DNA of 64,000 bases from Dehalococcoidia bacterium (GCA_025062275.1 JANXAP010000003.1:10950-74949), one strand, 5' to 3'. Positions 42,952 to 52,845 are shown, numbered from the stretch's first letter. Notes: generated by a model from the sequence alone, not told the origin. Translations and numbers: made by a program.

Positions 42952-43828
42952 CGCCGCCCCCCTCCAGGTATCTCCCGATTATAGGCCGCAGGCGCTCCTT
43001 CGTCTCTTCGGGGACCAGGTGGAAGGGGGTGATGAGGGCGTCGCGCAATGCCTCGGCGCAGGGGCAACGTCGCTCCCGCGGCAGCAGGCCCACCGCCCGC
43101 CTCACCACCGCCTGAGCGAGGCTCACGCCCTGGCGCAGGTTGGCGATGACCAGCTCCGCCGTCACGTCCGCCTCCCGCGGGTGCCACACGTCGTAGTCGG
43201 TGACCACGGCCAGGGTGGCGTAACACATCTCGGCCTCCCGTGCCAGCCGCGCCTCGGGCAGGGCCGTCATGCCGATGAGGTGAGCGCCCCATGAGCGGTA
43301 GAGCTGCGACTCGGCGCGGGTGGAGAAGGCGGGGCCCTCGATGACCACGTAGGTGCCGCCGTCGTGCACCGTTGCCCCTGCCTCCCGCGCCGCCGTCACC
43401 AGGGCACGCCGCAAGACCGGACAGAAGGGGTCGGCGAAGGCGATGTGGGCCACCAGCCCTCCGCCGAAGAAGGTGCCCGGCCGCCCCCGCGTGCGGTCTA
43501 TGAGCTGGTCCGGCACCGCCAGGTGCAGGGGGGCATAGTCCTCGTGCAGCGAGCCCACGGCGCTGACGCCGATGACCACCTCCACCCCCAGGAGCTTCAG
43601 GGCATAGATGTTGGCCCTGCTGGGCACCTCCGCCGGCAGCAACCGGTGGCCACGACCGTGCCGGGGCAGGAAGGCCACCCGTTCCCCGTCCAGGGTGCCG
43701 ATGACGATGTCGTCGGAAGGCGGGCCGAAGGGCGTCTCCAGCCGCACCTCCTCCAGCCCGCCGATGCCCTCCATCTCGTAGAAGCCGCTGCCGCCGATGA
43801 CGGCTACGCGGGCCTTCGCCTCAGCCAT
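42944..43828 (-). CDS. mtnP: S-methyl-5'-thioadenosine phosphorylase
   Basis: PNP/MTAP family (VAVIGGSGFYE ... RANIYALKLLGVE ... MTALPEARLAREAEMCYATLAVVTDYD). Start at MAEAKARV inside the longer track ORF. Confidence 0.88.
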   Translation of the reverse strand: MAEAKARVAVIGGSGFYEMEGIGGLEEVRLETPFGPPSDDIVIGTLDGERVAFLPRHGRGHRLLPAEVPSRANIYALKLLGVEVVIGVSAVGSLHEDYAPLHLAVPDQLIDRTRGRPGTFFGGGLVAHIAFADPFCPVLRRALVTAAREAGATVHDGGTYVVIEGPAFSTRAESQLYRSWGAHLIGMTALPEARLAREAEMCYATLAVVTDYDVWHPREADVTAELVIANLRQGVSLAQAVVRRAVGLLPRERRCPCAEALRDALITPFHLVPEETKERLRPIIGRYLEGGGGG

Positions 43829-44864
43829 GCTCTTTACCTCCGCAGAGGAGCTGGGGCAGCGACTCGGCATAGGGGGGTCTCGCGATGCCCCGCTCGGTGA
43901 CGATGGCATCCACGCAGGCGGCCGGCGTCACGTCGAAGGCCCAGTTGAGGACGTCCACCCCCTCGGGGGCGAGGGCCACCCCGCCCACCCTCCGCACCTC
44001 CTCCGCCGGCCGCTCCTCGATGGGAATGCGGGAGCCGTCGGGCGTGGAGAGGTCGAGGGTGCTGGTGGGGGCGGCGACGTAGAAGGGGACGCCGTGGGCG
44101 CGGGCCAGGACGGCCAGGGCGTAGGTGCCCACCTTGTTGGCCACGTCACCGTTACGGGCGATGCGGTCGGCCCCCACCACCACCGCGTCCAGCCGCTGGC
44201 GGGCCATGAGGGCAGCCGCCGCTCCGTCGACGATGAGGGTGCAGGGGATGCCCTCCCGCCATAGCTCCCAGGCGGTGAGGCGGGCGCCCTGCAGGAGAGG
44301 ACGAGTCTCGGTAGCGTAGACGCGCGACAGCCGTCCCGTCCGCCAGGCCACGCGCAGGATGCCCAGGGCGGTGCCCAGGCCACCGGTGGCCAGGGCGCCG
44401 GTATTGCAGTGGGTGAGGACGACGGCCCCCGTGGGCAAGAGCGACGCCCCCAGCTCCGAGAGACGCTGGTCGGCCTCCACCTGCTCCCGGTGCAGCGCTC
44501 GGGCCTCCTCCTCCAGGGCCTCCGTCGCCTCATCGGGAGACGCGCAGGTCCGGGCGCGCCCGAGGAGGCGCTCCAGTGCCCAGGAAAGGTTGACCGCCGT
44601 GGGGCGGGTGGAGGCCAGCTCCCCGGCCGCCTCCTCGAGGCCCGCTAGGAAGCCCGCCATGTCCCTGCCCCGGAGGCTGCGGGCGGCCAGCACCAGACCG
44701 TAAGCGGCAGCGATGCCTATGAGGGGAGCGCCCCGCACCCGCAACGAGCGGATGGCCTCCGCCACTGCGCGGTGATCGCGGGCCACCAGGTATCGCTCCC
44801 GGGCAGGCAGAAGGGTCTGGTCCAGCAGGCGCAGGCCCTCTCTCGACCAGGCGATAGCCTTCAT
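43821..44864 (-). CDS. mtnA: S-methyl-5-thioribose-1-phosphate isomerase
   Basis: eIF2B-related MtnA (VRGAPLIGIAAAYGL ... TGALATGGLGTALG). Start at MKAIAW. Confidence 0.88.
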   Translation of the reverse strand: MKAIAWSREGLRLLDQTLLPARERYLVARDHRAVAEAIRSLRVRGAPLIGIAAAYGLVLAARSLRGRDMAGFLAGLEEAAGELASTRPTAVNLSWALERLLGRARTCASPDEATEALEEEARALHREQVEADQRLSELGASLLPTGAVVLTHCNTGALATGGLGTALGILRVAWRTGRLSRVYATETRPLLQGARLTAWELWREGIPCTLIVDGAAAALMARQRLDAVVVGADRIARNGDVANKVGTYALAVLARAHGVPFYVAAPTSTLDLSTPDGSRIPIEERPAEEVRRVGGVALAPEGVDVLNWAFDVTPAACVDAIVTERGIARPPYAESLPQLLCGGKEHG

Positions 44865-44909
44865 GCCTAGGCTGCCTCCGCCTTCCATGCTATCAGAAGG
44901 GTGGACGCC

Positions 44910-46013
44910 CTAGGGCAGCTCCTGGGCATCCACATCGTCCAGGAGCCAGCGGCCCTCCTGGGCCAGCACCGTGCGGAAGCGCACCTCGAAACGGCGCCAG
45001 ACCACGTCCTCCCCCTCCCGCTGGCGCAGGGAGACCACCATCGCCAGCAGGGCGCGGTCGTCGTCCAACCGACGCGGCGGCTCCACCGCCTCCACCTGGA
45101 CGGCCTCGCTGAAGCGAAAGCCGTTGATGAAGCCCCGCCAGGTCTGGCGCTGCTGGAACTGGGGCGAGAGGTGCTCCCAAGCCTGACGGAAGGCGTCATA
45201 CACGGCCTTTAGATGTTGCCGCACTTCCTCCTCGGGCCGTGCCTGCTCTTGGGCCAGCTCCTGGGCCACCTGGGCCATGTCCTCCTCCTGCCCCTGCTCC
45301 TGCGCCCCCAGCCAGGGCCAAACGTAGCGATAGCGCTGCACGGGCGTCCAGGCCGAGGCCTTCTCCAGGGCAGCACCCACGGCCGACCAGTAGTCCAGGG
45401 CGGCCTGGGCGGGCGTGTGCACTTCTCGCCGCAACGTCCAGCCCTGGCCCTGGCGCCAGTAGATGCGATAGCGGAGAGGGCCCTCCGGCCCCTGCCAGGC
45501 GAGGGCGATCTCGTCGAGGCCATCGCCGTCGGCGTCGAGGGCCAGCAGAGGGCGCACGGCGCCAGGTGGTGCTGGACGGGCGGAAAGTCCCTGCCCCATC
45601 TCCGTCAGGGGCAGCAGGCGAGAGGCGTCCAGGTCGATGAAGTAAGTCGAGGCTTCGGCGGTGACGGCGTAGGTGCCCCTGGGCAGCTCCAGTCCAGGGG
45701 CGAGGCCTTCGGGCCCTTCCAGGGCGAAGAAGGACAGGAGGCCCCATGGCTGCCCCTGTAGGGGCGGCGGGAGGGAGACGATGCGCCAGCGGGGGTCGGC
45801 GGCCAGCGACAGCCCCTGTCCGGGCACCGACTCCAGGGCGACGGCGGGAAAGGCCCGTTGCAGAAGCTCGGCCAGGCCCGGCAGGCGGATCTCGTCGGCG
45901 GGAGGGGGCGATGCCTGGCGGCCGCCGCAGGCCAGCATCAACGCCACCGGCATGGCCGCCAGGGCGAGGGCTGCGCTTCGCAGTCCGGGCAACGAGAACC
46001 GTCGGCCTCCCAT
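44910..46013 (-). CDS. Hypothetical lipoprotein (lipobox LMLAC after signal peptide)
   Basis: MGGRRFSLPGLRSAALALAAMPVALMLACGG signal/lipobox. The rest is unannotatable. The 737-aa track ORF 44910..47123 is an antisense over-extension across the peptidase gene. Confidence 0.6.
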   Translation of the reverse strand: MGGRRFSLPGLRSAALALAAMPVALMLACGGRQASPPPADEIRLPGLAELLQRAFPAVALESVPGQGLSLAADPRWRIVSLPPPLQGQPWGLLSFFALEGPEGLAPGLELPRGTYAVTAEASTYFIDLDASRLLPLTEMGQGLSARPAPPGAVRPLLALDADGDGLDEIALAWQGPEGPLRYRIYWRQGQGWTLRREVHTPAQAALDYWSAVGAALEKASAWTPVQRYRYVWPWLGAQEQGQEEDMAQVAQELAQEQARPEEEVRQHLKAVYDAFRQAWEHLSPQFQQRQTWRGFINGFRFSEAVQVEAVEPPRRLDDDRALLAMVVSLRQREGEDVVWRRFEVRFRTVLAQEGRWLLDDVDAQELP

Positions 46014-46052
46014 GCTACAATGGGGCCGACATCGCAGGCTGGAGCGGAGCAA

Positions 46053-47231
46053 ATGTCCGCGCACGACGCCCTCAAGCAGATTGTAGCGCAGGCTATAGAC
46101 CAGCGGCGTCCGGACCTGGTGGAGCTGAGCCTGCGCATACACTCCCACCCCGAGACAGCCTTCCAGGAACATCAGGCAGCCCGGTGGCTGTCCGACTATC
46201 TGGAGGCCAACGGCTTTCGGGTCGAGAGAGGCATCTGCGGCATCGAGACGGCCTTCCGGGCCACCTACGGTTCGGGGAGGCCCCACATCGCCTTTCTGGC
46301 CGAATACGACGCCCTGCCCGGCATCGGCCACGGCTGCGGACACAACATCATCGGCACCTCGTCGGTGGCGGCAGGCATCGCCGCCAAGGCAGCCGTAGAT
46401 GCTCTGGGGGGCACCATCTTCGTCATCGGCACCCCGGCCGAGGAGGCAGCGGGGGGCAAGGTCTACATGGCCGCCCGTGGCGCCTTCGATGGTCTCGACT
46501 GCGCCATGCTGGTCCACCCGGCCTCTCGCGATTCGGCCGTCACCTATGCCCTGGCCTGCCTCGAGCTGGACGTGGAGTTCTTCGGCCGGGCGTCCCACGC
46601 CGCCGCTGCCCCCGAGCTGGGAGTCAACGCCCTGGACGCTATGGTCATCGCCTTTTCGGCCATCGGTCTCCTGCGGCAACAGGTGCGCAGCGACGCCCGC
46701 ATCCACGGCATCATCACCGATGGCGGCCAGGCAGTGAACGTCATACCCCACCACACGGCAGCCAAGCTGCTGCTGCGGGCCCTGGACGACGACTACCTGG
46801 ACGAGCTGCGGGAGCGGGTGCTGGCCTGCTTTCGGGCCGGGGCTGAGGCCAGCGGCTGCCGCCTGGAGCATCGCTTTGGCGACGAGTCCCGCTACATGAC
46901 CATGCGCACCAACCGGGTGCTGGCCCAGGTGTTCGCCGCCAACCTGGAGGCGCTGGGCCGCCGGCCGGAGGAGCCGCGGGAGCGCCGCGCCCTGGGGTCC
47001 ACCGATATGGGCAACGTGAGCCACCTGGTACCGGCCATTCACCCCACGGTGGCCATCGCGCCGCCGGAGGTCTCCATCCACACCGAGGAGTTCCGCGAGT
47101 TCGCCCGCAGCGAGTCCGGGCACCGGGGACTGGTGGACGCGGCCAAGGCCCTGGCCATGACGGCGGTGGACCTGCTGTCCGACCCCTCCCTGCTGGAGCG
47201 GGCCTGGCAGGAGTTCCGCCAGGGCCCCTGA
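46053..47231 (+). CDS. M20-family amidohydrolase/peptidase (M20D, N-acyl-amino-acid amidohydrolase-like)
   Basis: Metal-ligand motifs HSHPE...GHGCGHN...GTPAEE. Real start ATG 46053, not 45858. Confidence 0.85.
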   Translation: MSAHDALKQIVAQAIDQRRPDLVELSLRIHSHPETAFQEHQAARWLSDYLEANGFRVERGICGIETAFRATYGSGRPHIAFLAEYDALPGIGHGCGHNIIGTSSVAAGIAAKAAVDALGGTIFVIGTPAEEAAGGKVYMAARGAFDGLDCAMLVHPASRDSAVTYALACLELDVEFFGRASHAAAAPELGVNALDAMVIAFSAIGLLRQQVRSDARIHGIITDGGQAVNVIPHHTAAKLLLRALDDDYLDELRERVLACFRAGAEASGCRLEHRFGDESRYMTMRTNRVLAQVFAANLEALGRRPEEPRERRALGSTDMGNVSHLVPAIHPTVAIAPPEVSIHTEEFREFARSESGHRGLVDAAKALAMTAVDLLSDPSLLERAWQEFRQGP

Positions 47232-47239
47232 AGCCCCCT

Positions 47240-48286
47240 TCAGGCGACGGGGGCAGCCACCTGCCGCAGGGCGTCCAGCATGCCCGAGCGGGCCGCCTCT
47301 CGGGCCACCCGCAGCGAGCTGTAGATGGCGCGGGCATCGCTGCGGCCATGGGCCACGAACACAAGCCCGTCCACCCCCAGCAGAGGGCCGGCGCCGTATT
47401 CCCGCCAGCTGGTGCGGCGCAGGAGGTCGCGCACCGCCGGCGCCAGCACCACCCCCGCCAGCAACAGGAAGGGGACGGCGGGCAGCAGGAGAGGCAGGGC
47501 CAGGACGTGGTAGGGACGCCCCAGGAGGGCCTCCCGCCCCAGCCGCTTGATCAGGTCCACCATGCCCTCCATGGTCTTGATGACCACGTTGCCAGTGAAG
47601 CCATCGGTGACGATGACGTCGGCCAGGCCGCGGGTGATGTCCTTCCCTTCCACGTTGCCGATGAAGTTCAGGCCCGATTCCCTCAGCAGCTTATAGGCCT
47701 CCTGGGCCAGGGCATTGCCCTTGGTCTCCTCCTCGCCGATGTTCAGCAGGCCCACGCGCGGCCTCTCCACCTTCCAGGCCCGCTCCAGGTAGGCGGAGGC
47801 CATCTGGGCCCACTGGACCAGGTAATGGGGCTTGACGTCGGCGTTGGCGCCCACGTCCAGCAATAGCGTCAGGGGGCGGCCCAGGGGCATGAGGGCGGCC
47901 AAGGTGGGGCGCTCGATGCCGCGGATGCGCCCCAGGTGCATGATGGCGGCGGCCATGATGGCGCCGGTGTTGCCCGCGGAGACGAAGGCCTGGGCCTTGC
48001 CCTCCTTCAGCAGACGCAGGCCCACGGCGATGGAAGAGTCTCGCTTGCGCCAGGCGGCCCGGGCCGGCTCCTCGTCCATGCCGATGACCTCGGCGGCGGG
48101 AACCACTTCCAGGGCGGGGGGCCGCCCGCCCAGGCGCTCCAGCTCGGCTGCGATGGCCTGGGGCTGGCCCACCAGGGCCACCCGCACCCCCAGGCGACGG
48201 GCCGCCATCACGGCCCCCCGCACCGGTTCCCTGGGGGCGTGGTCGCCGCCCATGGCGTCCAGGGCGATGACCGGCTCCTCGGGCAT
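47240..48286 (-). CDS. plsX: Phosphate acyltransferase PlsX
   Basis: PlsX similarity (IALDAMGGDHAP ... DVIVTDGFTGNVVIK ... EYGAGPLLGVDGLVFVAHGRSDA). Confidence 0.9.
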   Translation of the reverse strand: MPEEPVIALDAMGGDHAPREPVRGAVMAARRLGVRVALVGQPQAIAAELERLGGRPPALEVVPAAEVIGMDEEPARAAWRKRDSSIAVGLRLLKEGKAQAFVSAGNTGAIMAAAIMHLGRIRGIERPTLAALMPLGRPLTLLLDVGANADVKPHYLVQWAQMASAYLERAWKVERPRVGLLNIGEEETKGNALAQEAYKLLRESGLNFIGNVEGKDITRGLADVIVTDGFTGNVVIKTMEGMVDLIKRLGREALLGRPYHVLALPLLLPAVPFLLLAGVVLAPAVRDLLRRTSWREYGAGPLLGVDGLVFVAHGRSDARAIYSSLRVAREAARSGMLDALRQVAAPVA

Positions 48287-48427
48287 CCTCTCGCCTCGGC
48301 AAGCCTATGCTATCCTCCCGCGGCGGGGACGTCCACCTGCTGCGATACTTGACTTACTCCATCGATAAAGTCCACAATTGGGACATGCCCCTCCGTGGAG
48401 GCCGACCGACCAGGAGGTGAACCGACC

Positions 48428-49813
48428 ATGGCGCTTTTCCGACCCGACCCCACCTTCTACCCTTCGCCGCGGCTGGCCATGCAGGCCCCGCCCGAGACCC
48501 TGGCCTATGTGGCCCTGCTGAATGTAGGCAACGGCCGCCCCGATGCCCTGGCCGTGGTGGACGTGGACCCCAGGTCGTCCAGCTATGGCCAGGTCGTCGA
48601 CCGGCTGGAGCTGCCCAACGTGGGCGACGAGCTGCACCACTTCGGCTGGAACGCCTGCTCCTCGGCCCTGTGCCCCCACATGCCCCATCCCCACCTGGAG
48701 CGGCGTTACCTGCTGGTGCCTGGCCTGCGCTCCTCCCGCATCTACGTGGTGGACACGCGGCCCGACCCCGCCAGGCCGCGCATCGTCAAGACCATCGAGC
48801 CCGAGGAGGTCAAGGGGCGGGCAGGCTACTCCCGCCTGCACACCGTCCACTGCGGCCTGGACGGCATCTACATCTCGGCCCTGGGCGGGGCCGACGGCGA
48901 CGGCCCCGGCGGCATCCTGGTGCTGGACCACGACACCTTCGAGGTGCTGGGCCGCTGGGAGATCGACCGTGGCGACCAGTTCCTGGCCTACGACTTCTGG
49001 TGGCACCTGGCCCACGACGTGGTGGTGACCAGCGAGTGGGCCACCCCCGATCTGTTCGAGAACGGCCTGCGGCTGGAAGACCTGGTGGGGCGCCGCTTCG
49101 GCCACCGCCTCCACTTCTGGGACGCGCGCCGACGCAAGAAGGTGGCCACCGTCGACTTCGGCGACGAGCACCAGATGGTGCTGGAACTGCGTCCTGCCCA
49201 CGACCCCACCAAGACCTACGGCTTCGTCAACGTGGTGGTGAACGTCAACGACCTGTCCAGCTCCATCTGGGTCTGGCACCGAGACAACGGCTCCTGGGCG
49301 GCGCGCAAGGTCATCGAGATCCCCGCCCAGCCGGCCGATAAGGACAAGCTGCCGCCGGCCCTCCAGGACGTGGGCGCGGTGCCGCCCCTGGTCACCGACA
49401 TCAACCTGTCCCTGGACGACCGCTTCCTCTACGTGTCCTGCTGGGGCACCGGCGAGCTGCGCCAGTACGACGTCAGCGACCCCTTCAGTCCCAAGCTGGT
49501 TTCCACCGTGAAGCTGGGCGGCATCGTCGACCCCGGCGCCCACCCTGCCGGCCACGTCCTGACGGGCGGCCCGCAGATGGTGGAGGTCTCCCGCGATGGC
49601 CGCCGCGTCTACGTCACCAACTCCCTCTACAGCTCCTGGGACGTCCAGTTCTATCCGCAGGGCCTCAGGGGCTGGCTGGTGAAGCTGGACGTGGGCGCCG
49701 AGGGGGGCATGGAGGTGGACAGGGACTTCTTCGTGGACTTCGGCGAGGCGCGGGCCCACCAGGTGCGGCTGCTGGGCGGCGACGCTTCGTCCGACTCCTT
49801 CTGCTATCCGTAG
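48428..49813 (+). CDS. Selenium-binding protein SBP56 family (methanethiol-oxidase-like), cytoplasmic form
   Basis: Aligns with human SELENBP1 along its length (ATVDVDP...DELHHFGWNACSS...SSRIYVVD...ITDINLSLDDRFLYVSCWGTGELRQYD...GGPQMVEVSRDGRRVYVTNSLYSSWDVQFYP...GGDASSD). No signal peptide. AGGAGGTGA Shine-Dalgarno before ATG 48428. Confidence 0.9.
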   Translation: MALFRPDPTFYPSPRLAMQAPPETLAYVALLNVGNGRPDALAVVDVDPRSSSYGQVVDRLELPNVGDELHHFGWNACSSALCPHMPHPHLERRYLLVPGLRSSRIYVVDTRPDPARPRIVKTIEPEEVKGRAGYSRLHTVHCGLDGIYISALGGADGDGPGGILVLDHDTFEVLGRWEIDRGDQFLAYDFWWHLAHDVVVTSEWATPDLFENGLRLEDLVGRRFGHRLHFWDARRRKKVATVDFGDEHQMVLELRPAHDPTKTYGFVNVVVNVNDLSSSIWVWHRDNGSWAARKVIEIPAQPADKDKLPPALQDVGAVPPLVTDINLSLDDRFLYVSCWGTGELRQYDVSDPFSPKLVSTVKLGGIVDPGAHPAGHVLTGGPQMVEVSRDGRRVYVTNSLYSSWDVQFYPQGLRGWLVKLDVGAEGGMEVDRDFFVDFGEARAHQVRLLGGDASSDSFCYP

Positions 49814-49819
49814 CGGGGC

Positions 49820-50479
49820 ATGGGCGTCTGGGAGCTTTCCGCCCTGGGCGGGCTGGCCCTGGCCGGGGTGCTGCACGGCATCAACCCGGCCATGGGCTGG
49901 CTCTTCGCCCTGTTCTTCGGCCTGCACCGCGGCGGCCAGCGGGCCCTGTGGCTGGCCCTGGCCGCCGTGGGGCTGGGGCACCTTTTAGCGCTGGCCCTCT
50001 CGCTGGTGCTGCTGCTGGCTGCCAGCTCCACCGTGCCCATCGGCCCCCTGCGCATCGCCGCCGGCGCCGGTGCCCTCGTCCTGGGCCTGGGGAGGCTGCT
50101 CTCCTGGTGGCGGCACCCGGGCTGGCGGGGCCTCAACCTGGGATACGGCGAGCTGGTGCTCTGGGCGGCAGTCATGGGCCTCCTGCACGGTGGCGGGCTG
50201 GCCTTCGCGCCTCTGGTGCTGGGGGAGGGGAGGGGCAGCCTGCTCGACTTCGGGCACTGGGTGCTGCCCACGGCCGTGCACGGGGCGGCGGCGATGGCCA
50301 CCATGGCCGCCTGCGCCGTGGCCGTGCAGCGCTGGCTGGGGCTGATGGCCCTGCGCCGCTACTGGTTCAACTTCGACCTGGCCTGGGGAGTGGCCCTCAT
50401 CGTCATCGGGCTGGCGGTGCTGCTGATGCCCTGGCTATTGCCGGTGGAAGAGGCAGCCCACCACGCGCCGGGGGTCTGA
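49820..50479 (+). CDS. Polytopic membrane protein with repeated His-Gly motifs (possible metal transporter, HupE/UreJ-like?)
   Basis: 219 aa, about 6 TM, motifs VLHGINP, GLLHGGGLAFAP, FGHWVLP, VHGAAAMA. Starts 7 nt after the SBP56 stop, so probably co-transcribed. Confidence 0.5.
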   Translation: MGVWELSALGGLALAGVLHGINPAMGWLFALFFGLHRGGQRALWLALAAVGLGHLLALALSLVLLLAASSTVPIGPLRIAAGAGALVLGLGRLLSWWRHPGWRGLNLGYGELVLWAAVMGLLHGGGLAFAPLVLGEGRGSLLDFGHWVLPTAVHGAAAMATMAACAVAVQRWLGLMALRRYWFNFDLAWGVALIVIGLAVLLMPWLLPVEEAAHHAPGV

Positions 50480-50756
50480 AGGCGGTCTCGGGCACCCGGG
50501 GCAGGCCCACTAAACAAAAAGGGCGGCCCACCGAGAGCGAACGGAGACTGATGCCACGCGCCGGATACTCCTCTCCTGGCTCATGGCTATCACCCCCCTT
50601 CGCTTCGGCGTTCCGCTGGCTAGGGAGGTCGCCCCGAAGAACCGGTGCCCGGCGGGGGGCTCCGCCCAGGGCCTCCGACAGGCCCACGCACAGCCGGAGC
50701 TGCGGGTGGGCCGCCCTCGGCCCCGGGCGCCCGGGCGGGCCCGGCCCCACCGGGCC

Positions 50757-50792
50757 CGCGCCCCTCAGGGGCGGCCTCCACTTATTATTTTA
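50757..50792 (+). terminator. Weak terminator-like element: GC hairpin CGCCCC-UCA-GGGGCG then U-rich ACUUAUUAUUUUA, at the end of a roughly 400-nt non-coding stretch
   Basis: Seen directly. 8-nt gap between stem and U-tract, so non-canonical. Confidence 0.25.
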
Positions 50793-50887
50793 CAGCGGCC
50801 CTTTCGTCGAGACGGGGGCCACGAGACGCCCGACATCCGCTGACCGCTCAGGCCGGACCCTCGCTGGGCGGGTGGCCGGCCGCGGCT

Positions 50888-51913
50888 CTACAGCACCAGC
50901 GGCCGTGGGCGTCGCAGGAGGCGCCAGCGAGTGTCGAAGCGCCACAGCCCCGCCTCGCGGGCGCAGGCGTAGGCCGCCGCCATCTCCTCGCTGCGGACGC
51001 GGCGGTTGATCTCGGCGTATTTGGGCTCCGTCTTCGCCTTCCAGGCCGGGTAGTACTGGTCCATGATGTTCACGTAGGTATCGGGCGAAAGCTCGCGGGC
51101 CAGGAAGCGCATGATCTCCCGCGTGTCCTCCAGGAGGCCCGGCATCACCAGGTGGCGCACCAGCACTCCCCGCAGGGCCAGGCCGTTCTCGTCCACCACC
51201 AGCTCCCCCACCTGCTCGTGCATGGCCTTCACCACCCGCCGCGCCACCTCCGGATAGTCCGGGGCCAGCAGGTACTTGCGGGCGTGCTCCCGCTGCCACA
51301 GCTTGAAGTCGGGCATGTAGATGTCCACCACGCCCTCCATCAGGCGGATGGAGTGCAGGGAGTCGTAGGAGCTGGTGTTGTAGACGATGGGCAGGCGCAG
51401 GCCCATCTCGATGGCGTAGGGCAGCGCCTCCAGCACCTGGGGCACCACGTGCTCGGGAGTGACGAAGTTGATGTTGTGGCAGCCCATCTCCTGCAGGCGG
51501 AGCATGATGCGGGCCAGGTCCCGCGGCGATACCTCTTCACCCTCACCGATCTGGCTCACCTCGAAGTTCTGGCAGAAGACGCAACGCAGGTTGCACCAGG
51601 AGAAGAAGATGGTGCCCGAGCCGCGCCAGCCCCGCAGCACGTCCTCCTCGCCGAAGTGGGGAAAGAAGGAGGCGACACGGGCGTAGCGCCCCACCCTGCA
51701 CACGCCGAAGCGGTCGTGGAGCCGGTCCACGTGGCAGTCGCGGGGGCAGACGGTGCAGTCGGCCAGGGCAGCGAGGGCCTCCTCCACCTTCTCCTTCAGG
51801 CGTCCCTCCTCATAGGTCTTCAGGTAGGCGGGGACGAAGTTGCGACGGGGCAGTACGAAGCGACCGTCCCCGTGCACCTCCCTGGGGATGTCGGGAGCGA
51901 TGGCGAGGACCAC
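50888..51913 (-). CDS. Radical SAM protein, PflX-like (COG1313) activating-enzyme homolog
   Basis: CNLRCVFCQN radical-SAM Cys triad plus extra N-terminal Cys cluster CTVCPRDCH...FGVCRVG. GTG start after GGAGGAGGG. Confidence 0.8.
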   Translation of the reverse strand: MVLAIAPDIPREVHGDGRFVLPRRNFVPAYLKTYEEGRLKEKVEEALAALADCTVCPRDCHVDRLHDRFGVCRVGRYARVASFFPHFGEEDVLRGWRGSGTIFFSWCNLRCVFCQNFEVSQIGEGEEVSPRDLARIMLRLQEMGCHNINFVTPEHVVPQVLEALPYAIEMGLRLPIVYNTSSYDSLHSIRLMEGVVDIYMPDFKLWQREHARKYLLAPDYPEVARRVVKAMHEQVGELVVDENGLALRGVLVRHLVMPGLLEDTREIMRFLARELSPDTYVNIMDQYYPAWKAKTEPKYAEINRRVRSEEMAAAYACAREAGLWRFDTRWRLLRRPRPLVL

Positions 51914-51915
51914 AG

Positions 51916-52845
51916 CTATCCCTCCTCCCCGGTCGGGGAGATGAAGGCCACCGCCTCGCGGGCCCGACGGACGGTGCGGCACTGAGCGCATACCTCGGCA
52001 GTGGTGGGCTCGCCGCACTCGGCGCAGGGCCGCAGGGGCGGCGGCTCGTAGATGCCGAAGAACTGGCGCCCCTTCTCCAGGAAGCCGAACAGGAGCGATT
52101 GCTTGCTGCCCGGCGACTGCCTTTCGATGAGGTTCAGGGCCTCCTTGTACAGCAGCTCCTTGGCCCCTACGGCGTGGGGGCATTCGTCCACGACGTAGTC
52201 GATGCGGCGCAGGACGGCATAGGCGGCGGTCTCCCGCTCGCCCAGGCGGTAGAGGGGCTTGATGCGCTTCACCAGGCCCTCGCGGGCGGGGAGCACCGGC
52301 GCCTGCCGCGCCAGGTAGTCCACGTTCCAGTGCAGCAGGTTGCCCAGCAGGGCTGCCGCTTCGTCGTCCAGGTTGTGGCCGGTGGCCAGCACATCGTAGC
52401 CGAGCTGGCGGGCGGTGCGGTTGAAGGTGTAGCGCTTGGTGGTGCCGCAGACGGCACAGGTGGGCCGTCGGTTGGCACGCGCCAGTTGCGGCACCGACAG
52501 CCCGTATTCCTCCTCGACGGCGACCACGTGGAGGGTGGCGCCGCGCTCCTGGGCGAAGCGCTGGCAGGCCTCCCTCGACTGCCGGGAATAGTCGCCGATT
52601 CCCAGGTCTAGGTAGAGGCCGTGGGCCTCATACCCCAGGCGCAGCAAGACGTCCCAGAGGGCCAGGGAGTCCTTGCCGCCCGAGACGGCCACCAGCACCT
52701 GCTGGCCAGGCTCCAGCATCTCCCAGTCGCGGATGGCGCGCCGCACCTGGTTCTCGAAGTAATTGAAGAAATGGTCGCGGCAGAAGGCGGAGCGGTGGCG
52801 AGGTATGTCCACCACCGCCTGGGAGCGACACACTATACACCGCAC
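51916..52845 (-). CDS. ttuA: tRNA 2-thiouridine (s2T54) synthetase TtuA-like PP-loop ATPase with N- and C-terminal zinc fingers
   Basis: CIVC...CRDH zinc finger, PP-loop SGGKDS, Fe-S Cys CAVC...ECPH, C-terminal CAEC...CAQC. Only the C-terminal 310 codons of the 565-aa track ORF are real. Confidence 0.8.
   Translation of the reverse strand: MRCIVCRSQAVVDIPRHRSAFCRDHFFNYFENQVRRAIRDWEMLEPGQQVLVAVSGGKDSLALWDVLLRLGYEAHGLYLDLGIGDYSRQSREACQRFAQERGATLHVVAVEEEYGLSVPQLARANRRPTCAVCGTTKRYTFNRTARQLGYDVLATGHNLDDEAAALLGNLLHWNVDYLARQAPVLPAREGLVKRIKPLYRLGERETAAYAVLRRIDYVVDECPHAVGAKELLYKEALNLIERQSPGSKQSLLFGFLEKGRQFFGIYEPPPLRPCAECGEPTTAEVCAQCRTVRRAREAVAFISPTGEEG

Noticed and set aside
44910-47123. 737-aa minus-strand ORF
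   Set aside because: Only the C-terminal 367 codons (lipoprotein, start 46013) are plausible. The N-terminal half is antisense to the well-conserved M20 peptidase gene.
47240-48286. Apparent inserted hydrophobic segment in PlsX (ALPLLLPAVPFLLLAGVVLAPAV)
   Set aside because: It aligns with the normal amphipathic membrane-association region preceding the conserved EYGGAPLLG motif of PlsX. It is not an insertion.
50480-50887. Possible tRNA-Sec (selC) or other known structured RNA in the long intergenic region
   Set aside because: No T-loop GGTTCGANTCC, no UCA anticodon context and no 8-bp acceptor stem found on either strand. No SRP, RNase P or tmRNA signature boxes recognised either.
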